Shown: positions 1-7,590 of the stretch, piece by piece | How positions within the stretch are numbered: position 1 is the first letter of the stretch | Layout: every line of letters starts with the position of its first letter | NCBI GenBank assembly: GCA_030141605.1 | Contig: JAQGDQ010001870.1 | Location: 14,426-22,876 of the forward strand | From: Tubiluchus corallicola | Taxonomy: Eukaryota > Animalia > Priapulida | Direction of reading: 5' to 3' | DNA length: 8,451 nt | The notes under the pieces: generated by a model | Told to the model about the DNA's origin: nothing | Database searches by the model: none | Seen by the model: the letters and a program-made list of their open reading frames with translations, nothing else | Program-made: the position numbers and the translations under genes

Positions 1-570
1 AATAAACTCAAATACATTTGCAAAGACATATAAGCAAAGACGTATACATAATAAGTTAGTTGATGTGACACAGTGAGTAATATAACAGTTAAATAATAAC
101 AATAACTGTCTTGGAATTGACCATCAAAGGGAACTTAAGGCTTGTTCACATTAAAACGTTTAGTGCTCCTAATGTAATTAGTGAGGACTTTTATTCGTGC
201 TACATCACAAAAATGATAATATTTTAAATATAGGTGGCGCCACGTTAAAAACTCACGCGATGTAAACGAAAGTAAGTGTGAACCAGGCATTGGGTTTCAA
301 TTTCTTTTCTGGGATGGTGTTAGGTTTGTGGCATGGAAAGAACCCTTTGATTCAGGACAACACAACATCGATAGGATTTCTCCCCTGATTCGAAAGCACA
401 AATACGACAAGCGCGTAGAGTCAACAAAAAGCTTGTCACGTGACCTGCTGTTTATTTTTAATTAGGGGAGGCATGCAAATTACGGGAGGCCCCGTCTTTG
501 TAGCGTCTAGTTCCTCTGCTGCCGTAACACCTGTTGATGTTTCACGAGAAGAAATTATTGCGAATTAATG

Positions 571-584
571 TCATTCTTCGTTTC
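571..584 (-). CDS. Candidate terminal exon D coding part, arm 1 copy
   Basis: Reverse complement of 6004-6017; minus-strand AATAAA at 451-456 and 190-195. Confidence 0.35.
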
Positions 585-743
585 CTGTGAATGGAAACTC
601 GAATAACCGTATTTACTGTAGTATAAGTCGCTTTGCACGAATAAGACTTTCTACAGTTCTAGCGATTGATGGTGATCGTGAAAAGGTCATAGGTTAAGTG
701 CTGTTATAATGGAAACAGTTTTAACAGCTAGCTAGAACCTTAC

Positions 744-776
744 CTAGTTCATTTTTCCTTGTTCCCAAGCAAGATC
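744..776 (-). CDS. Putative micro-exon C, arm 1 copy: GSCLGTRKNEL
   Basis: Reverse complement of 5812-5844 with two substitutions (GGA/AGA replacement, AGG/AGA synonymous); splice sites intact. Confidence 0.55.
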   Translation of the reverse strand, partial: DLAWEQGKMN

Positions 777-1079
777 CTGCTAATAAATCACTCTACGCGT
801 AATGCGTAACTAAGTAAAGTCTACATAAAACAACCGAATTTACCGAAGTGACGCGGCAAACGGCTTTGCTTTATCTACATGTTACGTGACTATTGTAGTT
901 CAGACGCATGGCTGTGGTTCACTTAACATTTGACCTCGGCAACGAAAGTGTGAGAAGTCCTATTTACTGTAAAATACTTCTGCATTGATGCGTTTAGGAT
1001 TCAGGACCTTTTTACGAATTTTAGGAATTAAGAGTCACTGGATTGACTGCAGGCTAATAATGGAGGAAATAATCAACAG

Positions 1080-1183
1080 GCAAGGTATATAGCCGAGTGG
1101 TCACATTGATTTGTGAATGAGGCTGATCAGCGACTGGCAGACAGCATAACGACCTGGGTTCAACTCCTCACGTTGATTCTTGC
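1080..1183 (+). mobile_element. tRNA-like / SINE-head-like element with Pol III type-2 internal promoter
   Basis: A box TAGCCGAGTGG (1090-1100) and B box GGTTCAACTCC (1157-1167). The ends GCAAGG / TCTTGC can pair, but I could not build a convincing cloverleaf. Confidence 0.45.
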
Positions 1184-1406
1184 TGTTTACTTTGTTGAAG
1201 GGTAGCGAGTTCACGTACAAATGTAGTTAAAACTCATCTGCTGGTACAGTGGCTCATGTTTGGGTACTAGCTGTGTTAATAAGCTAGATTGCTGTCTTGC
1301 CTCAAACATTAATTCTGAGTAGGCCCTGCTGTTGAATACTGCATCAGGATTGCATGACTACTCGGGTAACAGATTTTGGAAATTTCATCTTGTAAATAGT
1401 TATTAC

Positions 1407-1499
1407 CTTTTAAATATGTGTCAATGGCGTCTCCATTCACATGTCGTGGGGTGTTCCAAAAATCTAATTGTTCCTGAACTATTTTCGTTAACTCTTCTC
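1407..1499 (-). CDS. Putative exon B, arm 1 copy
   Basis: Exact reverse complement of 5115-5207 with both splice sites intact. Confidence 0.7.
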
Positions 1500-1828
1500 C
1501 TGTAAATAGAAATTACACATCGGTCACGTGACTGACTGCGGTCATCTGTTTTAATATTGCGTGCGTTGATGCACATGCGCACAACAATACAATAAACATT
1601 GATAGGAACCTCAATGTAAAATTATAAATATCTGTTGATTAATTCTACAGTGTAATAACTGGAGCACAGTCCTATTCGGTTCTTTCTGGTTATGCTTCCA
1701 TTGTGGACAATAAAAATGAAGTTTCTTGACATTGTTACTGATGCAAGCTTTGTGCAAGATAGCAACCTTTTCATTTATATGCGACTGCTAACTAAACCAG
1801 AAATGGCTTCCATGTTAACAAGAAATCC

Positions 1829-1995
1829 ACAGCCGAGGCTGCGGCACTGCTGCAACTACCCAAATGTGTGGCTGCCTTATCAACAAATAAGATACAGCCG
1901 AGGCTGCAGCACTGCTGCAATTACCCAAATACGTAGCTGCCGTATCAACAAGGAAGGTACAGCCGAGGCTGCGGCACTGCTGCAACTAACCAAGT
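1829..1995. repeat. 65-bp minisatellite, ~2.5 copies
   Basis: acagccgaggctgc recurs at 1829, 1894 and 1959 (period 65). Confidence 0.95.
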
Positions 1996-2172
1996 GCGAA
2001 AGCCACAAATGTACTGCCTGAAAGCCACAAATGATCGTGAAAGTTTATTCATGTGTTTGGATGAAGGTTGTGCAATGTACATTTCTTGACCTTAAAGTGA
2101 ACCATATATCTTCTGGGCTTCATTCATATTTTATCAATTCATCTGACTCACCTGTAATTAGCGTTTACTTAC

Positions 2173-2256
2173 CCTGTAAATTTCCCTTTGACTCTGAATC
2201 TGTTTTATCGTCGTGTTTGAATAAATGTGACAAGGCAGACTTTGTCAGAGCTTCTC
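2173..2256 (-). CDS. Putative exon A, arm 1 copy
   Basis: Exact reverse complement of 4291-4374 with both splice sites intact. Confidence 0.7.
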
Positions 2257-2267
2257 CTGGAAAAAAA

Positions 2268-3306
2268 AAGAAAAGCGTTATCTTCTCCAACATCCATCAC
2301 AAGAAAAGCATTATTCTCTCCAACAAACGTTACAAAAAAGCATGATCCTTTCCAACATCCGTCACAAGAAAAGCATTATCCTCTCCAACATCCATCACAA
2401 GAAAAGCATTATCCTTTCCAACATCCATCACAGGAAAAGCATTATCCTTTCCAACAACCTTTGCAATAAAAACATCATCCTTTCCAACAACCTTTGTAAG
2501 AAAAGCATTATCCTTACCAACAACCTTTGCAAGAAAATCATCATCCTTTCCAACATCTGTCACAAGAAAACATTATCCTCTCCAACAACCGTCACAAGAA
2601 AAACATCCTCCTTTCCCCCATCCGTCACAAGAAAAACATCATCCTTTCCAACAACCCTCACAAGAAAAACATCATCCTTTCCAACAACCTTTGCAAGAAA
2701 AACATCATTCTTTCCAACAACCCTTGCAAGAAAAACATCATCCTTTCCAACAACCTTTGCAAGAAAAACATCATCATTCTCAACAACCTTTGCAAGAAAA
2801 ACATCACCCTTTCCAACAACCTTTGCAAGAAAAACATCATCATTCCCAACAACCTTTGCAAGAAAAACATCATCCTTTCCAACAACCTTTGCAAGAAAAA
2901 CATCATCATTCTCAACAACCTTTGCAAGAAAAACATCACCCTTTCCAACAACCTTTGCAAGAAAAACATCATCCTTTCCAACAACCTTTGCAAGAAAAAC
3001 ATCATCCCCAACAACCCAAAAAAACCCTTTCCAACAACCTTTGCAAGAAAAACATCATCCTTTCCAACAACCTTTGCAAGAAAAACATCATTCTTTCCAA
3101 CAACCTTTGCAAGAAAAACATCATTCTTTCCAACAACCTTTGCAAGAAAAACATCATTCTTTCCAACAACCTTTGCAAGAAAAACATCATTCTTTCCAAC
3201 AACCGTCATAAGAAAGCATCATTCTTTCCAACAACCGTCATAAGGAAAACATCATCCTTTCCAACAACCGTCATAAGAAAAGCATCATCCTTTCCAATAG
3301 CCGTCA
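2268..3306. repeat. 33-bp minisatellite, ~31 copies, consensus ccaacaacctttgcaagaaaaacatcatccttt
   Basis: Direct reading. The centre is homogeneous, the edge units are diverged, and there is a broken unit near 3005-3030. Confidence 0.98.
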
Positions 3307-3349
3307 CTGGTGCATCGACAGTAACAACAATTGTCACAGCAGTAGAAGC

Positions 3350-3436
3350 ATTCGACTAATTCTGATTACAAAAGAACATTTTGAATTCGATTAATTCTGA
3401 TTACAAAAGAACAGTTTGAATTTGGTTAACTCTGAC
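3350..3436. repeat. 35-bp tandem repeat, ~2.4 copies
   Basis: taattctgattacaaaagaaca at 3357 and 3392; partial taactctgac at 3427. Confidence 0.85.
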
Positions 3437-3748
3437 TTGTAATCACAGAGAGCAGCACTGTGAGGCCGAATTCTCAGCTAGACTTGGGCAGAGTGAACAT
3501 TCATTAATATTGACAATCGTTCTACATACCACAGGCAAGTGAATCGATATATGTATCATTAGCTCCTCATTTAAATTAGCTCTTATCTAAGTGCAAGTCT
3601 GGCAAGGTGGAACATTGCAGGTCTTGATTAGGTGCCAGGTAGAGAGGGGAGAGATTTAGATTTAACTTTATTTGAAACCGAAGGTTCATAGCGTAAAACA
3701 TTTACATATTTAAAACGAAACGAAAATACACAATAAATTAATAAGCGC

Positions 3749-4112
3749 AGACAGAGAGAGGAGAGAAAGAGAGAGATGGAGGGAGGGAGGGAGGTAGAGA
3801 TAGAGAGATGGAGGGAGGAAGTGAGGGAGAGAGAGAGTGAGAGGGGGAGAGAAAGAAAGGAAGAGAGAGAGAGAGATAGAAAGGGTGGAGGGAACGAGTG
3901 AGAGAGAGAAAAAGAGAGACGGGGGAGAGAAAGAGAGGAAGAGAGAGAGAGAGAGAAAGGGGGAAGGGAACGAGTGAGAGAGAGAGGGGGAGAGAAAGAG
4001 AGAGAGAGGGGGAGGGAGAGAGAGGGGGACGAAGAGAGAGAGAGAGAGAGAGCGAGGTAGAGAGAGAGAGGAAGAGAGAGAAATAGGGGAGGGAGAGGAG
4101 GAAAAGAGAGAG
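3749..4112 (+). repeat. Imperfect (GA)n polypurine microsatellite, ~360 bp
   Basis: Almost exclusively G/A, with an internal duplicated motif gggaacgagtgagagagaga near 3890 and 3967. Confidence 0.97.
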
Positions 4113-4114
4113 TG

Positions 4115-4280
4115 TGTGATGGATGTTGGAAAGGATAATGCTTTTCTTGTGATGGATGTTGGAGAGGATAATGCTTTTCTTGTGACGGATGTTGGAAAGG
4201 ATCATGCTTTTTTGTAACGTTTGTTGGAGAGAATAATGCTTTTCTTGTGATGGATGTTGGAGAAGATAACGCTTTTCTTT
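4115..4280. repeat. Truncated inverted copy of the 33-bp minisatellite (~5 units)
   Basis: tgtgatggatgttggaaaggataatgcttttct units, reverse complement of ~2268-2432. Confidence 0.95.
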
Positions 4281-4290
4281 TTTTTTCCAG

Positions 4291-4374
4291 GAGAAGCTCT
4301 GACAAAGTCTGCCTTGTCACATTTATTCAAACACGACGATAAAACAGATTCAGAGTCAAAGGGAAATTTACAGG
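4291..4374 (+). CDS. Putative internal coding exon A (84 nt, phase 1-1): (G)EALTKSALSHLFKHDDKTDSESKGNLQ; protein unknown
   Basis: Strong acceptor (long T-rich tract ending ttccag|GA) and consensus donor CAGG|gtaagt. Length is divisible by 3, it is open in phase 1, and it is identical in both arms. Confidence 0.7.
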
Positions 4375-4552
4375 GTAAGTAAACGCTAATTACAGGTGAG
4401 TCAGATGAATTGATAAAATATGAATGAAGCCCAGAAGATATATGGTTCACTTTAAGGTCAAGAAATGTACATCGCACAACCTTCATCCAAACACATGAAT
4501 AAACTTTCACGATCATTTGTGGCTTTCTGGCAGTACATTTGTGGCTTTCGCA

Positions 4553-4783
4553 CTTGGTTAGTTGCAGCAGTGCCGCAGCCTCGGCTGTACCTTCCTTGTT
4601 GATACGACAGCTACGTATTTGGGTAATTGCAGCAGTGCTGCAGCCTCGGCTGTATCTTATTTGTTGATAAGGCAGCCACACATTTGGGTAGTTGCAGCAG
4701 TGTTGCAGCCTCAGCTTTATCTTATTTGTTGATACGACAGCCACACATTTGGGTAGTTGCAGCAGTGCTGCAGCCTCGGCCGT
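4553..4783. repeat. 65-bp minisatellite, ~3.5 copies (arm 2)
   Basis: (g/a)ttgcagcagtg recurs at 4561, 4626, 4691 and 4756. Confidence 0.95.
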
Positions 4784-5114
4784 GGATTTCTTGTTAACAT
4801 GGAAGCCATTTCTGGTTTAGTTAGCAGTCCAATATAAATGAAAAGGTTGCTATCTTGCACAAAGCTTGTTCATCAGTAACAATGTCAAGGAACGTCATTT
4901 TTATTGTCCACAATGGAAGCATAACCAGAAAGAACCGAATAGGACTGTGCACTAGTTATTACACTGTAAAATTAATCAACAGTTAATTATAATTTTACAT
5001 TGAGGTTCCTATCAATGTTCGTTGTATTGTTGTGCGCATGTGCATCAACGCACGCAATATTAAAACAGATGACCGCAGTCAGTCACGTGACCGATGTGTA
5101 ATTTCCATTTACAG

Positions 5115-5207
5115 GAGAAGAGTTAACGAAAATAGTTCAGGAACAATTAGATTTTTGGAACACCCCACGACATGTGAATGGAGACGCCATTGACACATAT
5201 TTAAAAG
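5115..5207 (+). CDS. Putative internal coding exon B (93 nt, phase 1-1): GEELTKIVQEQLDFWNTPRHVNGDAIDTYLK
   Basis: Acceptor atttccatttacag|GA and donor AAAAG|gtaata. Length is 3n and it is open in phase 1. It begins GExLTK like exon A and is identical in both arms. Confidence 0.7.
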
Positions 5208-5438
5208 GTAATAACTATTTACAAGATGAAATTTCCAAAATCTGTTACCTGAGGGCGCCAGTAGTCATGCAATCCTGATGCAGTATTCAACAGCAGGGCC
5301 TACTCAGAATTAATGTTTGAGGCAAGACAGCAATTTAGCTTATTAACACAGCTAGTACCCAAAGATGAGCCACTGCACCAGCAGATGAGTTTTAACTACA
5401 TTTGTATGCGAACTCGCTACCCTTCAACAAAGTAAACA

Positions 5439-5542
5439 GCAAGAATCAACGTGAGGAGTTGAACCCAGGTCGTTATGCTGTCTGCCAGTCGCTGATCAGC
5501 CTCATTCACAAATCAATGTGACCACTCGGCTATATACCTTGC
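5439..5542 (-). mobile_element. tRNA-like / SINE-head-like element, arm 2 copy
   Basis: Reverse complement of 1080-1183; A box 5522-5532, B box 5455-5465. Confidence 0.45.
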
Positions 5543-5811
5543 CTGTTGATTATTGATCCAGTGACTCTTAATTCCTAAAGTTACTAATAGGTCCTGAATC
5601 CTAAACGCATCAATGCAGAAGTATTTTACAGTAAATAGGACCTTGTTATCGAGGTCAAAGGTTAAGTGAACCACAGCCATGCGTCTGAACTACAATAGTC
5701 ACGTGACATGTAGATAAAGCAAAGCCGTTTGCCGCGTCACTTCGGTAAATTCGGTTGTTTTATGTAGACTTTACTTAGTTACGCATTACGCGTAGAGTGA
5801 TTTATTAGCAG

Positions 5812-5844
5812 GATCTTGCTTGAGAACAAGAAAAAATGAACTAG
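5812..5844 (+). CDS. Putative micro-exon C (33 nt, phase 1-1): GSCLRTRKNEL
   Basis: Acceptor ttattagcag|GA (weak pyrimidine tract) and strong donor CTAG|gtaagg. Length is 3n. It lies in the best-conserved block shared with the diverged third copy at 7332-7364. Confidence 0.55.
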
Positions 5845-6003
5845 GTAAGGTTCTAGCTAGCTGTTAAAACTGTTTCCATTATAACAGCACTTAACCTATG
5901 ACCCTTTCACGATCACCATCAATCGCTAGAACTGTAGAAAGTCATATTCGTGCAAAGCGACTTATACTACAGTAAATACGGTTATTCGAGTTTCCATTCA
6001 CAG

Positions 6004-6017
6004 GAAACGAAGAATGA
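6004..6017 (+). CDS. Coding part of candidate terminal exon D: GNEE*
   Basis: Acceptor tttccattcacag|GA closely resembles the exon B acceptor. Phase 1 gives TGA at 6015-6017, and AATAAA follows at 6132-6137 and 6406-6411. Confidence 0.35.
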
Positions 6018-6661
6018 CATTAATTCGCAATAATTTCTTCTCGTGAAACATCAGCAGGTGTTACGGCAGCAGAGGAACTAGACGCTACAAAGACGGGGCC
6101 TCCCGTAATTTGCATGCCTCCCCTAATTAAAAATAAACAGCAGGTCACGTGACAAGCTTTTTGTTGACTCTGCGCGCTTGTCGTATTTGTGCTTTCGAAT
6201 CAGGGGAGAAATCCTATCGATGTTGTGTTGTCCTGAATCAAAGGGTTCTTTCCATCCCACAAACCTAACACCAGAAAAGAAACTGAAACCCGATCCCCTG
6301 GTTCACACTTACTTTTGCTGACCTGTAAGTTCATTTACATCGCGTGCGTTTTTAACGTGGCGCCACCTATGATTAAAATTTCATCATTTTTTGTGATGTA
6401 GCACGAATAAAAGTCCTCACTAATTATATTAGGAGCACAAAACGTTTTAATGTGAACAAGCCTTAAGTTCCCTTTGATGGTCAATTCCAAGACAGTTATT
6501 GTTATTATTTAACTGTTATATTACTCACTGTGTCACATCAACTAACTTATTATGTATACGTCTTTGCTTATATGTCTTTGCAAATGTATTTGAGTTTATT
6601 TCAATTTATATTTATTTTCTCTACACTTCTGTCTGTACATGCAAATCTATTTGAGTTTATT

Positions 6662-6840
6662 TCTCTCTCTCTTTGTCCCGCTCTCTCTCTCTCCCCTTTC
6701 TCTGTTTCTTTTTCTCTAGCTCTTTTCTGTTTCTCTTATATACTCGCCTCTTAACCTGACTACTTTTTTCTTCCATTTCTTTACCCCCCCTTTTGTTTCC
6801 TTTTTTAGTGTTTCTTTTCTTCTTCTTCTTCCTTTCCATT
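6662..6840 (+). repeat. Imperfect (CT)n polypyrimidine tract
   Basis: C/T-rich low-complexity sequence starting where arm 2 homology ends. Confidence 0.9.
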
Positions 6841-7166
6841 GTTTCACTTTATTTAACAGTTCTCTATGTTTTACGCTTTCCTTGGTTCAACTTAAGCCTG
6901 ACCTCCTCTTCCTTGAGGCGTCTCTTTTTTAGTTTATGACGCAGCAGAGTATCTCCGTCTTAATAATTAATCACCACTTAATGACTAACGTTTGTGGATT
7001 TATCACTAATTCATGCAAAAGGTGCAATCTTGAATTGTGCAGAGCGCAACGTGATAGGATAATTGAAATGTATGTTTGACATGCAGTGTTTCTGATTATT
7101 CTTTGCTGGTTGAGCTGTTTGAATTAGCCTTTTCACAGTTTCTTTGTGCGCATGCGCAGTTGCGAT

Positions 7167-7518
7167 AGGTCAAAGGTTAAGTGTAGCACAGCAGTGCGTC
7201 TTATCTACAACAATTGCATGACGTGTTGGTAAAGTAAAGCCGTCTGCGGCATCAGTTCAGTAACTTCTTTTGTTTTACGTGCAGTTTACTTAATTATGCA
7301 TTAGTCTCTGCATAGAGTGATTTACTAGCAGGATCTTGCTTGGGAACAAGAAAAAATGAACTAGGTAAGGTTCTAGCTAACTGTTAAAACTGTTACTATT
7401 ACAATAGCATGGGATGCGAGGCGTTGCCAAGTGTACACAAATGCGTTGTCTGGTACACTTAACCTTTGACCTTTTCACGATCATCATCAATCGGATGAAA
7501 CTGTGAAAAGGCTTATTC
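7167..7518 (+). repeat. Diverged direct copy of ~5652-5949 (exon C module) with a ~44-bp insertion near 7410-7455
   Basis: Collinear motifs aggtcaaaggttaagtg, aaagccgt, agagtgattta, exon C, ctgttaaaactgtt, cacttaacct and ttcacgatca. Confidence 0.9.
7332..7364 (+). CDS. Third copy of micro-exon C (C'): GSCLGTRKNEL
   Basis: ctagcag|GATCTTGCTTGGGAACAAGAAAAAATGAACTAG|gtaagg. It differs by one base from each arm copy, while the more distant flanks are visibly diverged. Confidence 0.5.
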   Translation, partial: DLAWEQEKMN

Positions 7519-7590
7519 TCAACACAGTGACGCTCTTGGCCGATCTTTTACGACTTTAGTGATATGGGGCGTGGATACTAGTTTTGACAG

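Larger units (their letters stand above)
1..2432. repeat. Long inverted repeat, arm 1 (extends a further ~63 bp into 8389-8451 if the window is circular)
   Basis: Position 1 (aataaactcaaatacatttgcaaagac) is the reverse complement of the sequence ending at 6600. The match is collinear up to 2432 (acatccatcaca) versus 4115 (tgtgatggatgt), with scattered SNPs and several indels. Confidence 0.98.
4115..6663. repeat. Long inverted repeat, arm 2
   Basis: Reverse complement of 1-2432; 6601-6663 additionally matches 8389-8451. It ends abruptly at a GA tract on the left and a CT tract on the right. Confidence 0.98.
7121..7518. repeat. Nested short inverted repeats (MITE-like or RNA stem)
   Basis: 7167-7185 aggtcaaaggttaagtgta is the perfect reverse complement of 7454-7472. 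7121-7142 pairs with 7497-7518 with one mismatch. The gap between outer and inner repeat is 24 nt on both sides. Confidence 0.85.

Noticed and set aside
1080-1183. Functional tRNA gene
   Set aside because: The T-stem and anticodon arm do not pair convincingly; only the promoter boxes fit.
1998-2033. Short direct repeat gaaagccacaaatg x2 (22-bp period)
   Set aside because: Ordinary slippage duplication with no further signal.
1692-2345. ORFs 1692-2021, 2031-2345 and the mirror ORF 4202-4744
   Set aside because: They span the 65-bp and 33-bp repeats, have different starts and stops in the two arms, resemble no family I know, and lie antisense to the better-supported exons.
2227-3359. Overlapping ORFs of 66-289 aa on both strands
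   Set aside because: They are read-throughs of a 33-bp tandem repeat that is open in several frames at once and broken by frameshifts; no frame is preferred.
3530-3586. 57-nt minus-strand exon candidate (IRANLNEELMIHISIHLPV)
   Set aside because: It is open only in phase 0, which hits a stop in exon A, and its acceptor is weak.
3628-4320. Leu/Ser-rich minus-strand ORFs and the Arg/Glu-rich plus-strand ORF
   Set aside because: Translations of the GA microsatellite.
4553-4783. CRISPR-like appearance (palindromic ~30-bp core at 65-bp period)
   Set aside because: The intervening segments are near-copies of each other rather than unique spacers, there are no cas genes, and the context is eukaryotic.
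1-6663. Autonomous Foldback or other DNA transposon, or a virus
   Set aside because: No transposase, Rep or capsid ORF and no target-site duplication is visible; the arms contain host-like exons.
6530-6839. Signal-peptide-like MYLSLFQFIFIFSTLLSVHA in ORFs 6530-6754 and 8228-8413, and the Lys-rich ORF 6657-6839
   Set aside because: The hydrophobicity comes from the T-rich strand of a 61-bp (non-3n) repeat and no suitable donor follows. The Lys-rich ORF is the CT tract read backwards.
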